This document shows positions 38,940 to 51,600 of a DNA stretch of 64,000 nucleotides, piece after piece. Source of the stretch: Octopus sinensis (lineage: Eukaryota); contig NC_043000.1 in assembly GCF_006345805.1 (NCBI RefSeq), forward strand, positions 74,772,001 to 74,836,000, read 5' to 3'. How positions within the stretch are numbered: position 1 is the stretch's first letter; every line of letters begins with the position of its first letter. A model generated the notes under the pieces. The model did not search any database. It saw only the letters and a program-made list of their open reading frames with translations, and was not told where the DNA came from. The position numbers and the translations under genes are program-made.

Positions 38940-39155
38940 CCTTTTAAAGCCTAGCCAGGCTCATGGGCCCGGCTTCCTGGTTTCAATGGCATATGTGTTC
39001 CCCAGCTGGATGGGACGCCATTCCATCACAGTGTTCCTCATTTTTGCCAGCTGAGTGGACTGGAGCAACGTAAAATGAAGTGTTTTGCTCAAGAACACAA
39101 CACGTCGCCCGGTCCAGGAATGGAAACTACCCTCACCACTAATCCACACGCCTTC
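38940..39155 (-). mobile_element. SINE related to family B with a different tail
   Basis: Reverse strand has gtgttgtgttcttgagcaaaacacttcattttacgttgctccagtccactcagctg. Confidence 0.7.
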
Positions 39156-39169
39156 CAAATATATACTAT

Positions 39170-40196
39170 AGCGGAGGAGGGTGCACTGAAAGTGTAGCTG
39201 CTAGAATAAAAATAGCCTGGGCTAAGTTCAGAGAGCTCTTTCCTCTGCTGGTGACAAAGGGCCTCTCGCTCAGAGTAAAAGGTAGACTGTATGGTGCATG
39301 TGTACGAACAGCCATGCTACATGGCAGTGAAACATGGACTGTAACTGTGAGAAAGGTTGAACCTAAGAAGCATCAGATGTGGTGTGCAAGAGAGATGACT
39401 GCGCTGGTATGGTCACGTGGCGAGAATGGATGTGGACGGCTGTGTGAAAAGGTGTCACACCCTAGCAGCTGAGGGAACCTGTGGAAGAGCTAGACCCAGG
39501 AAGACCTGGGATGAGGAGGTGAAGCATGCTCTTCAAACATTGGGCCTCACCGAGGCAATGACTAGTGACCGGCACCTCTGGAAATATGCTGTGCTGCAGA
39601 AGACTCGGCAAGCGCAAGTGTGACCATAACCTTGTGGCCTATGCTAGGGGGTAACCAGTCCACTTACGCGTGCCTTTTCTTCATTGGACACTAAACACTG
39701 CTTGTGAAGACCTGTTGAGGCAAGTGAAATCGAAGTCAAAATCAAACTCAGTGACTGGCATCCGTTGCTAGTGGAGCGCTAAGAGTACCATACGAGTGAG
39801 ATCATTGCCTGAGCAACAAACTGGCCTTCATGCTGGTGGCACGTTAAATACACCATTCGAGCGTGATCGTTACCGCGTCGCCTTACTAGCACTTGTGCTG
39901 GTGGCATGTGAAACATTTGAGCGAGGATGTCGCCAATGCCGCTGGACTGGCTCTTATGCAGGTGGCACATAAAAAGCACCATTTGGACGTGACCATTGCC
40001 AGTACCACCAAACTGGCCGTCGTGCTGGTGGCACATAAATGCACCCACTACACTCTCGGGGTGGTTGGCATTAGGAAAGGCATCCAGCTATAGAAACTCT
40101 GCCAGATCAGATTGGAGTCTGGTTCGCCAGACCTCAGTCGAATCGGCCAACACATGCTAGCATGGAAAGCAGACATTAAATGATGATGATGATGAT
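39170..40196 (+). mobile_element. RTE LINE 3' fragment
   Basis: KGLSLRVKGRLY, RPRKTW, family 3' UTR and (GAT)n tail. Confidence 0.88.
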
Positions 40197-40223
40197 ATAT
40201 ATATTTATATATATTATTTTTTT

Positions 40224-40596
40224 AAGCGCATGAGTGGCTGTGTGGTAAGTATCTTGCTTACCAACTACATGGTTCCGAATTCAATCCCACTCTGTGACAC
40301 CTTGGGCAAGTGTCTTCCACTATAGCCTCTAACCGACCAAAGCCTCATGAATGGATTTGGTAGACAGAAACTGATACAAGCCCATCATATATATGTGTGT
40401 GTCTGTGATTTTCCCTCCAACATCGTTTTTCAACTGATGCTGATTTTTTTACATCCCCATAACTTAGCAGTTCGGCAAAAGAGACTAAATTGTTTGTAAT
40501 TACTTGGCTTGCAGACAATAAGTCCTGGGGTCGATTTCCTCAACTAAATGCGGTGCTCCAGCATGACCGCAGTCAAATTACTGAAACAAGTGAAAG
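40224..40596 (+). mobile_element. SINE family A (diverged)
   Basis: Similar to 35285-35674. Confidence 0.85.
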
Positions 40597-40892
40597 TTTA
40601 AAGCATGTATATGTATATATATATATATATATATACTTTATATACATATACTTATATATATATATATATGTGTATATATACATGCCCGAAGTCAGGACGC
40701 CATGATAGATCGTTAGCTCCTACATGCTTTTTTTTCTCTGCTTGTTTCTCTCCATGTTTTTTTCTGTGTATCTTTCTGTCGAAAACGTAAAAGACTTGTT
40801 CTATTTCTATTCCTGAGTGCTATACTAATACATTTGTTTGTTTGTACTCCACCTGCCTTTGTCTTTTGTTTATTTTCGTAAACCTTCCCATC

Positions 40893-40923
<31 letters not shown>

Positions 40924-41004
40924 ATATACACATATTTATAGTTAATAGGGAAGAAACATTTCAATTTTGCACACTAAATCAAAATTCACAATATATTACA
41001 AATA

Positions 41005-42095
41005 TATATATAGAATTTATAGACAAACTGCTATCTAGTTATTCTATCAGTAGTGAAAAGTTATGATCTATTATAACCACATAGAAATCAATTAAATATC
41101 GTACAATTATTATTCTAAAAATTTCATAATAAACGAAACATTAAATTGACTACATGTGTTTCATGACTAAATATATAAATCAATAATATTAAAATTTAAT
41201 TTTTTTTTAAATTTCATTTTTGAATATTTAAGATTCAATAATAATTCAATTTCAAAGTATTTTAGCCACTCTTCAGGTCATAAAAATAACACAAATAAAT
41301 TTAGGTATTATAATAAAGACAATAAATATATGTATAGTAACAGTATATAATTCAATAAAATTTAACAACATTGATGTAAAGCAAAATACTTAACTTATCT
41401 TATTGATGAAAATTTTAAACTTTAAACTTACTATCTAGCATTGTAAAAAAAAACTATCTCATAAAACGCAACGTAAACAATAAATATACAATAAATAAAT
41501 AGATATATGTATTTAACAATAAGAATAAAAATTATCAAAAAAACTTGACCTAAAAATATTTTACTCATAATAGTACATAATATATCTACATAAATTAATA
41601 ACATAAATCAGGTTATATATATTCACAAATTATCTAAACTTATATAAGTAACTCAACCTACGTCTACATTTAATTTTCCTCTCTTGGTAATTAATCAGTT
41701 GTTTTTTAGATCATAATATCCCCATAAATTCATTTGCACATAGTAAACAAAAACTATTACCTATTTTATAAGTTTTAGCTTTACAAACTATCTCCCATTT
41801 TAAATTATACTTAATTCCTTTGGATTTTAATTCCCATATATTGCTAAGGCCAGTAGAATTAATGTTTTATTCTTAAATGAGTGCATGTGTTGGGCCATCC
41901 TAAATTAAATATTATTAGATGTCGATTATATATTTAATCATCAGACGTGCGTAGTCAATTTAATGTTTGATTTATTATGTGATTTTTAGAATAATAATTA
42001 TATTTAATTCATTTCTGTGTGGTTATTATAGATAATATCTTTTCGCTATTGATGGAATAACTAGATAGCAGTTTGTCTCAAATTCCATGTATAAT
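41005..42095 (-). mobile_element. 5'-truncated Penelope-like element: GIY-YIG endonuclease remnant plus 3' pLTR, with an inverted pLTR copy
   Basis: Reverse strand 41640-41935 reads ..RMAQHMHSFKN..IWELKSKGIKYNLKWEIVCKAKTYKIGNSFCLLCANE. ~41005-41158 and ~41946-42095 are inverted repeats. Confidence 0.75.
41147..41280 (-). ncRNA. Type I hammerhead ribozyme motif with long AT-rich loop II
   Basis: Reverse strand TGAC-CTGAAGA-GTGGCTAAA...TTTAGTCAT-GAAA-CACAT-GTA-GTCA. Full core and a 9-bp stem II with two G.U pairs. Confidence 0.75.
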
Positions 42096-42117
42096 ATATA
42101 AATGTATTATATATATT

Positions 42118-42150
<33 letters not shown>

Positions 42151-42197
42151 ATATTTATATATTATATATATATTATATATATATTTATATACCATAT

Positions 42198-42372
42198 ATC
42201 ATCATCATCATCGTTTAACGTCCGTTTTCCACGCTAGCACGGGTTGGACGGTTCGACCGGGATCTGGGAAGCCAGGGGCTGCACTAGGCTCCAGTCTGAT
42301 CTGGCAGTGTTTCTACAGCTGGATGCCCTTTCTAACGCCAACCACTCCGCGAGTGTAGTGGGTGCTTTTTAC
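42198..42372 (-). mobile_element. RTE 3' tail fragment between (TA)n tracts
   Basis: (CAT)n plus the family tail. Confidence 0.8.
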
Positions 42373-42617
42373 GATATATATATATATTTATATATTTATA
42401 TATATATATTTTATATACTATATATATTTTTATATATATATATATATTATGTATTATATATATATATATATATTATTATTATATATATATATATATGTTT
42501 TATATATATAATATATATATATATATATTATATATATATATATATTTATATTATATATATTTACATATATACATATATGTATATATATATATTATATATT
42601 ATATATATACATATATA

Positions 42618-43800
42618 TAGGCGGAAAACTTGGAGAGTGGCTGCACAACTTCCTAAAAGACAGAAGACAGGCAGTTGTGAGCAATGGAGCCACCTCCAAG
42701 GAAGCACAAATAACAAGCGATGTTCCACAGGTCACTGTCTTGGGGCCACTGCTGTTCATAGTGGCCCTTTCAGACATGCCCTCAGTTGCTACGATGGCCA
42801 CCCTTGCTAGCTATGCAGATGACACAAAAGTCTCCCACACAATACAAAACCCTGAAAATATTGCGCATCTGCAACAGGAGTTGGATACAATATACAGGTG
42901 GGCTGAGGACAACAACATGCAGTTTAATGCAGGTAAGTTTCAGGCCCTGCGCTACCGGCACACAATGGTAAACGATGTGCAGACTGGATACACTGGCCCA
43001 GGAAGAATTGCAATCCCTGAGTCAAAATCAGTGTGTGACCTGGGCATTGACATGAGCAATGATGCATCTTTCCAAGTACATATTACTAATCTGGTGATAA
43101 AATGCAGACGGCTAGCTGGATGGATCCTTCGAACTTTCAGAACAAGAGAGAAGGGGACACTGATGATCCTCTGGAAAACATTCGTCCTCAGCCGCTTGGA
43201 CTACTGCTCCCAATTATGGTCACCACACAATATAAAACTAACAGCAGAACTTGAAGCAATTCAGAGAAGCTACACAAAGAAGATTGTCTGAATGCAAAAT
43301 CTGAATGCTACTGGGAAAGACTGAAAGTATTAAACCTCTTCTCCTTAGAGCGAAGGCGGGAGAGATATGCGGTGATATACATCTGGAAAATCCTGGAGGG
43401 TCTTGTCCCAAACTTTGGCATTCAAAGTTACCCCATCCACAGAACAGGGCGCCACTGCATGGTGCCAAAGATTCCAACATCACCGTCAAAATACAAGTCC
43501 AGATACTGCAACAGCTTGGGTTTTCAGAGGACCACAGCTCATTAACATCCTCCCTAAATGCATGAGAGACTTACATGGTGTGGATGTGGGTTTCTTTAAA
43601 ACTAAACTGGATCTTTTGTTGTCGGAGGTCCCAGATGAACCGACCTCACTACAGGAGACACAGATGTGGGCAGCGGCATCGAACTCCCTTGTTGATCAAG
43701 TGCCACGTATCAGAGGTGGATTCACATATTTAGTGTGGCTCATTCAGCAGTGGTGCCCCAGCATGGCCGCGGCCTTCGAGCTAAAACATTTTTAAGGATT
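42618..43800 (+). mobile_element. CR1-clade LINE 3' fragment
   Basis: VPQ.TVLGPLLF, YADDTK, LDYCSQLWSP, FFKTKLD, and tail gtggtgccccagcatggccgc. Confidence 0.9.
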
Positions 43801-44094
43801 TATATGTATATATATATTATATGTATATTTATGTATATTATATATATTTATATATATTATATATAGTATATGTATATTTATATATATTATGTATATTTAT
43901 ATATATTATGTATATTTATATATATTATATATATTTATATATATTATATATATATATTATAAGATCAGCAATAATTTAGATTCAAATGAATATGGTACTT
44001 AATTTAGATGCACCAGAATTTTGTATGGTGTTACCCATAAAAATTTGCTGGGTGATTATAATAAAAAATAAGCAACAAGAATGACTCCGGTAAT

Positions 44095-44176
44095 TTGGTA
44101 CAATTGTTTCGCACTACAACTTTTTAAAGTTGTAAGAATTACAGCAGATTTAAGATGTTGAGTGCTTTTCAGCCAA
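44095..44176 (-). ncRNA. Type I hammerhead-like motif (G8>A core change)
   Basis: Reverse strand TTGG-CTGAAAA-GCACT...AGTGC-GAAA-CAATT-GTA-CCAA, with palindromic stem III ACAATTGT. Confidence 0.65.
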
Positions 44177-44319
44177 TTATATAGGTCTTCAAATAATATA
44201 AAAGCTTTCAAATCAAGTAGTAACATTTTAGAGAATATAGATATACAGATAAAGATGTAGATTTAAATTTTAAGAACATATGAGGTTGTGAAGTTCATTC
44301 ACTGACTGACCAAAACTAT

Positions 44320-46209
44320 GGTTGTATCTGACTGCTATAAGAATGAGGGTAAGGGTGGTTCCAGGATACCATAAAGAAATTCAAGTTAGTTGGAGGAATG
44401 AGGGTAAGGAAGGTTTCAGAATACCATAAGGAGTTCAAGTTACCACTAACAAAAAGCCAATTACTGCTATGTGGTGAGAAGAAACTAGGTCATTGTCAAA
44501 AAGTCATTAATTTCTTTTACAGAGAGTAGGGAAAAAAACTATCACTTATTTTTAGTAGGCATAGTATTTTATAACTGGGGGAACAGCTTTAAATTTTAAA
44601 ACTAGATTAGATTTAGGAAGAGTTCCAATTTCAAGATTGCAGTGAAGTTATTCTTGCCATCTATGAAAGTTAAGTTGAAGGCTAGTATAGTATTTTTCTT
44701 AATATTATTATAATAAAAAGTTAAAATTTGAAAAATGTAGGAATGCTCATAATTTTTATTTAAACGTTCGAGTTGTGGAATGTATGCAAGATAATCCCAA
44801 CTCCAGACGATTATTCAACAGATTTTTATTACTTTGATGCTTTAAAGTTTCATAAGTTTCCATAGAACAAAGTTGACAACCTTCCCTACTATTTCTATAA
44901 GGTTTTGCCCTTCTAACTATATCCCATTTTAGGTTGAATCCTATATTATTTGTTTTTAGTTCACAAATTTTGCTAGATATTTCCCAAAGAATTTCAAAAT
45001 TATCATCTAATAGTGATATATTTAACTCTCACTCTAACCATTACAATATCGCATTATCCAAAGCGGGATATGACCAAGAAATCACCTTTCTTGATAAGGA
45101 TAGTTCAAATCTCCCAAATAATGAAGTGAATATAAATGATGTAAGTAATAATAACTCTCATACCTACATAAACATAAATTAGTGGAAATGAAAAACCTAG
45201 TGTATAAACCAAATTATAGGAATAAAAATAGGGACCAGATCATAAATAAATATGAAAATGCCAACCTAGATAAATCTAATAGGCATAAAAATAGGAGTAA
45301 AAGGAATAATAATTTCTCATGTGAATAATGATAACACAAATCCTTCACACTCGTACTTAAACAAAAAATATAAAAGAGAAAATATCATTTGGCTAAATAT
45401 CCCCTTTAATTATACGATTTCGATGAATGTGTACAGTAGTTTTAAATCTATACCAGAAAAAATTTCCCAGCCTCCCATAAATATCATAAAATAATTTCTA
45501 GATCAGTAAGGATTTCATATTCAACCCTCCCAAACATGGCTACCATAATAGCTAGACTTAATAGTAAAAACATTAAGTTAGCCAGGAGTAGAATGAATAG
45601 TAACAACAAAGATATTAATAATAATTGTAATAATGGCATCAACAATAGAAATAACAATAATAATAATAATGGTAAAAATAAAAATAATAAAAATAATATT
45701 AACAATGATGAAAATAATAATAATAATATTAATAACAACATTGATATAAATATAAATAGTGATAATAACAATACCAATAATATAGGTAGTATGGTAGGTG
45801 AGAATGATGGTGAAGATGGATTAATAAATAGTAACCCTAATTTGGATATCAATATGATCCCTAATAATGAAAATAATACCAATAATAATTTAAATAACAG
45901 TAATGTGAGGGAACTATCCTTAAATAATTCCAAGACTGGACACTATCCCACCAGTTGTAATTGTAGGAGTAGATCAAATTGGTTGTATCTGACTGCTATA
46001 AGAATGAGGGTAAGAGAGGTTCCAGGATACCATAAAAGGAATTCAAGTTAGTTGTAGGAATGAGGGTAAGGAAGGTTTCAGAATACCATAAGGAGTTCAA
46101 ATTACCACTAACAAAAAGCCAATTACTGCTATGTGGGGAGAAGAAACTAGGTCAGTGTCAAAAGGTCATTAATTTCTTTTACAGAGAGTAGGGAAAAAAA
46201 ACTATCACT
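44320..46209. repeat. ~230-bp direct repeat (44320-44546 and 45980-46209)
   Basis: Both read tggttgtatctgactgctataagaatgagggtaag...aaaaaaactatcact, each with an internal ~57-bp duplication. Confidence 0.85.
44955..45980 (+). mobile_element. Penelope-like element thumb/linker fragment with Asn-rich (AAT)n expansion
   Basis: ISQRISKLSSN..IFN...YN.AL.KAGY, RENIIWLN.PFN, VRISYST.PNM..II, poly-N linker, ending CNCRSRSN. Confidence 0.75.
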
Positions 46210-47095
46210 AATGATTTTAGTATATTTGGGGGATGATTAGATGACTTACTTACATATCTAGTGACCTCGCCCGCCTTTCTAAATGGATAATGTAACTTTG
46301 AATTTAGGTTTAAGGTAACATCTAGGAAATTAACTATCTTAGTGCTAGGTTCATAAGTAATGCCTAGGTTAAAATCTTTAAAAAATTTATTAATTTTCTT
46401 TTTTCTCCTCTCAATACTTGATTTACTATTGCTAGGTGCAACGAACAAAGCATCATCCCTATATAGACCACCTTGTAACTCAGGGATATCCCTATTTATG
46501 CATTTTAATAAGTATGCTCCTACCAGATTCATTATCTCCACTGAGTCACTAGAGCCCATAGGTATATCAAAATTATTAGGGGTATCCGCTCTAGTCCATA
46601 GTTCCCCTTCAATTCAATGATAGTTTTTCTAGCTAATAGGATTATGTCAATTTCTTCTCCAGATATAAGAGAGTGATTCATAGCAAAAATAAGTGATTTA
46701 TTTAGTAGAATGGGGTATATACTAGAATAGTAATTGTTAATATCAAATTGGATAAAGGAAATTCTATTAGTGTTATCTAAAGATTTAAACCAATCTATCA
46801 CTTCATCTGTATTAAACCAGAGCCTCAAGGGGAGATTAGGAATTATACGGGGTAGAATATTGTCCAAAATAGATTTGCTAAGTCGGCCAATGTCCGACTT
46901 AGTTGGACATATGAGTCTTACCGAGGGGTCTTCTAAGAAATTTTTCTTATGGTCCTTAAGATTGATCCTCGGTTTGTAATTCTCTATAACTTTTTTGATT
47001 TCTAGATTGATCTCTCTTAAGTTTTTCTTGGTTGTTACTTTATACCTTAAGTTTAGTTCCTTTCTAATGAGTTTGCTGTAAGTCGCATAATCCAT
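46210..47095 (-). mobile_element. Penelope-like element RT fragment
   Basis: LKDHK.NF, RLICPTKSDIG, QFDINNYYSSI, MGSSD, GGLYRDD, VNFLDVTLNL, SNHPP. One frameshift. Confidence 0.88.
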
Positions 47096-47104
47096 TATAT
47101 TATA

Positions 47105-47143
<39 letters not shown>

Positions 47144-47147
47144 TATA

Positions 47148-47555
47148 CTCTTTTACTTGTTTCAGTCATTTGACTGCAGCCATGCTGGAGCACAGCCTTT
47201 AGTCGAGCAAATCGACTCCGGGACTTATTCTTTGTAAGCCCAGTACTTATTCTATCGGTCTCTTTTGCCGAACCGCTAAGTGACGGGGACGTAAATACAC
47301 CAGCATCGGTTGTCAAGCAATGCTAGGGGGACAAACACGGACACACAAACACACACACACATACATACATATATATATATATACATATATACGACAGGCT
47401 TCTTTCAGTTTTCGTCTACCAAATCCACCCACAAGGCATTGATCGGCCCGGGGCTATAGCAGAAGACACTTGCCCAAGATGCCACGCAGTGGGACTGAAC
47501 CTGGAACCATGTGGTTTGTAAGCAAGCTACTTACCACACAGCCACTCCTGCGCCT
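47148..47555 (-). mobile_element. SINE family A, full length
   Basis: Reverse complement of the family consensus. Confidence 0.9.
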
Positions 47556-47634
47556 ATATATATATATATATATATTATATGTATATATAATTATATTTAT
47601 TTATGTATTATATATATATTTATATGTTATATAG

Positions 47635-47818
47635 TCGCCATGATAGATTTTTAGCCACTACACACTTTTCTATCCTCTCCTTGTTTTTTCTGCGTCCCTG
47701 TCTGTAGAAGAGCGTAGGCTCGAAATGTCAAAGACTTTTTCTATTCCTGAGCGTTATACTAATACATCTGTTTGTTTTGTACACCACCTGTCTTTGTCTT
47801 TTTCATAGACTCTCCCTA
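47635..47818 (+). mobile_element. Short (TA)n-flanked repeat with a hammerhead-like core. A related copy with a core deletion lies at ~40697-40890.
   Basis: CTGTAGA-A-GAGC-GTAG-GCTC-GAAA-TGTC-AAAGAC at 47702-47735. Flanks are shared with 40697-40890. Confidence 0.55.
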
Positions 47819-48020
47819 TATATATATTGTGTGTGTATATATGTATATATATATATATATATAGTTATATATTATATGTATATATTTATATATAGTTATA
47901 TATTATATGTAATATTTATATATAGTTATATATTATATGTATATATTTATATATAGTTATATATTATATGTATATATTTATATATAGTTATATATTATAT
48001 ATATATATATATATTTATAT

Positions 48021-48597
48021 ATTAGAAATATTAAATTTCTAGATATCTCAGAGAGATATGAGCGGTGATGGAACAATAGCGTGGTGATATACTGTCAACT
48101 TAACATGACAGTCCCATAAAGGGAATCACACCACTGCTATTTAGCTCTTGGAAGCATCGATGCTTTCTGTCAGCTTGACACATTTCCTGTGTCCTTATGT
48201 TTACGAAGAGGAGACAAGTACTCCCAACAGCTAGGCCTTCTTCCAGAGACATGCATATTCCTGAGTCTGGAGTAGCATGGCTGAAGATGCTTGTAAAGCC
48301 TTTGTAAACATATATACTTTCAGTGAAGTTTATTCACTGATCACCAAAATTAGAAATATTAAATTTCTAAATATCTCTGAGAGATATGAGCGGTAGTGGA
48401 ACAATAGAGCAGTTGTATATAGTCAACTTAACGTGACAGTCCCGTAAAAGGAATCACACCACCGCTATTTGGCTCTAGGAAGCATCGACTCTTCCTGTCA
48501 GCTTTGACACATTTCCTGTGTCTTTATGTTTTCGAAGGGGAGACAAGTACCCCCAACAGCTAGGCCTTCATCCAGAGACATGCATGTTTCTGAGTCT
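48021..48597. repeat. ~250-bp tandem direct repeat (48021-48268 and 48349-48597)
   Basis: Both start attagaaatattaaatttcta and end gagacatgcat..ctgagtct. Confidence 0.85.
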
Positions 48598-48699
48598 TGC
48601 TCATCATCAGTCTCCAGTAGCGTGCCTTTTCTCTTTATTACGATTATTGCAATCAAACATAGAAGGGGCAGCACAGGACACTACAAACATTTAAAAGAA

Positions 48700-51600
48700 G
48701 TTATTTAGCGAATTTTTTTTATGACGATATATTAAAAATTGACTTATATAATGTTTTTTTTTTTAATTTTGACATTAGTTCATTTTACCTTTTATTAAGT
48801 TCCAACGGCTACACCTTTTCTTTTTACCATGGATGAGTTAAGTAGGAACTCTCACTCCCAACTTCCTTAGCACATCTTTTCATCTTTCCTCATATGCTCT
48901 TTTCGACAGGTGCCTTCTCTCCAGCCCTATCTTGCTTTTCAGGTGGTACCTGAAGTAATATAGCATTCCAGAGCCGGAGATGAAGGTCCCTGATGTCAAA
49001 CCTTGCATTCTGGTTCTCCATGCACACTCTTTCATAACTGCGACTGTACATAGAAAACAAGCCTCACCTTCCTTAGATAGACCAGTGGGCGGTACATTCT
49101 TAATCACAGACTCAGCTGATAGCTGTACTCTTCCCAAATGTGACAACACGTGTTCTACGTAAATTGTCAACTCCGAAAGCTGGGTGCACTGTACAAGAGC
49201 GTGCAGGGTAGTTTCCTTATCCTGCCCGCATCTTGGGCATTCGGGTGGCAATGAAATACCGTGCCTGGACAATTTCTCGTAAAGAGGTAACGTGTTCCTG
49301 AAACACTGCCAGGTCAGGGATCTTTGGTAATTGTCCAAATACTCTGCCCCAAAAGTGTTCCGAAACAGGTTGGATAGCTGGTCCCCATCGAGTCCCAGAG
49401 TCTCTCCTAGAACGTTGTCACTTTTAAACTCTACCAACCCTTTGTACAATGCAGAGATGGTATTTCTGCTGCCGGCCTTACCCGCCTTGTGGATTACCGC
49501 AAGTGCCTGCCAACATTCCTTTTGCCATTCAGTCTTGTTTTGTCTTTTAATCAAACCGAGTTTAAATTCCTCTAGGGAGGCTGGTCGTGGAAAGAATTCC
49601 CCTGCGAGCAAATTCCACACCTGACCACCATCCAGGTAAAGCCAGAGATGCCTTAGTCTCAGTGCATGTTTGCACATCAGCAACCATGGCATCCCTAGGC
49701 CACCCTTTAACGGTTCTTGACAGCACACGGAGCACCTCACAAGCGGCTTTGCCCTCCACAAAAAGCGGAAGAGAATCCTAACCAGCTTGTTTAGCCACAA
49801 ATTGGGGCAAGGGACGACGGTCAGGCGGTAGGTGATAACAGACGCAATAAACGTCTGCACCACCTCTGCTCTTCCTTTCAAGGACAGCACTCTTCCAGAC
49901 CAGGTCCGGGTTAGCGCTTCTACCTTGTTCGTCACCTAACTCCAGTTCTTCTCCGTCTGGGAGCCTGGACCAAACCAGACTCCAAGCAACTTAACAGGAC
50001 CATCCGTCCAGTGCTCTACGACACTGGACGTTATCGACTTGCTGCTCCAAGTGCCAAGCTGCAAACTAATGGACTTGTCCATATTAACTTTTGCCCCTGC
50101 CACCGTCTCGTACCTTTTGATTGGCTCTGCTACACGAGGTAGCTGAGTCATCTTGGATACGGTGATGGTGACGTCATCCACATACGCAGAGACACTTTTA
50201 CCACATCTGATTTCATTAGTGGTGCTTCCCAACTTCTCCAACTTCCGCAGCAATGGCTTGAGAGTCAGTACATACAGAAGCAGAGACAGAGGGTATCCTT
50301 GACGAACTGAACGCCTGATCTCGAATGGCTCCAACAGGTAACTGTTCAACTGAACTGTGGATTTGATGCCACCATAAATGGCCTTGATCCAACCGTGGAA
50401 ATCTGGGCTCGGCCCAGCCGCCTCAAGGACTGCCGCCAGGTACCAATGGTCAACCCTATTGAAGGCCTTACTTTGGTCTAAATGGACCAGTGCCCCACCT
50501 TTACCGGAAACTTTACCCACCCTGTCTAAGGTGTTGCGTAAGAGATGAAGATTGTCCTGGATCGATCTGCCAGGGATGGCACATGTTTGCACCTTCCCGA
50601 CAAGTTTCTCTGCGACAACCGTCAACCTTTTTGGTAGTACCTTGGCCAAAATCTTTAACTCTACATTTAGTAGAGTTATGGGCCGGAAATTACTAATATA
50701 GTCCCCCTTGCTTGGGTCTTATCTGACCAGTGTTATCACTCCCCGACTCACAGAACTGGGAATTCTCCCATTCTGCTACCAGTTCGTGTACACGCAAGCC
50801 AGCAAGTGTCCGAACAAGTCCGGCATACTATTGTAAAACTCGTAGGGCAGACCATCCAGCCCTGGTGACTTGTCCTGAGCACATTCGGCCAGCACCTCTT
50901 CCACCTCCGCAGCTGTGATAGGCCCTTCACAGCACCTTGCCAAGAGTCACGTCCTGTTGGCCAGGAATTCCCTTAAGGGCTCCCCATGGTCCAACGCCTC
51001 GCTTGTCCCAAACAACTGGGCAAAATGCTGATGAAAGGCCTTCTGCATCTCCTCCTGTCCTTCAATCAAGCGACCCTGTTCGTCAATTAAAGACTCTACA
51101 AAGGCTTCTCTGCCTCTCCGACTCTCCACACAATGGGCCCATCTAGCAACATTAATACCTTCTCTGCCCACTGCGTGTAACTTAGCCCTGACTCTACACC
51201 CTTCATGTTTGGCTTCGAGGTGCCAGAATAATACCGTTCTCGCTGCCAGCACTCTGGATGCAGAGCCTGATGCTATGGCCTCCTCTAATTCCTTAGTTAA
51301 CTGCCCTTCTATTCTAGTTCCCTCTAAACTTAGCTCTTTACTAAATCTGAGAGACTCTAAATGAATGGCTCGTTTGAGGGCGCACCACCATCTGTTGTTC
51401 ATGACAGCTCCTCATAATGCCCTTTGTACTATCTCCCTAATCCGGGTACGGAAGACTTTACTAGTCAAAATTGACTTGTTCAACTTCCAGTACCTGGCCC
51501 CTGTCTATAACACTTAGCTAACTGCACCTCACACGTCACAAATTTGTGATCCGTGTAAGAGGCACAGTGAAAATGTGGACAACTAACAATTTCTCTATCA

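Noticed and set aside
45484-46051. Leu-rich and Asn-rich ORFs as host genes
   Set aside because: (AAT)n low-complexity linker within a Penelope-like remnant and its antisense.
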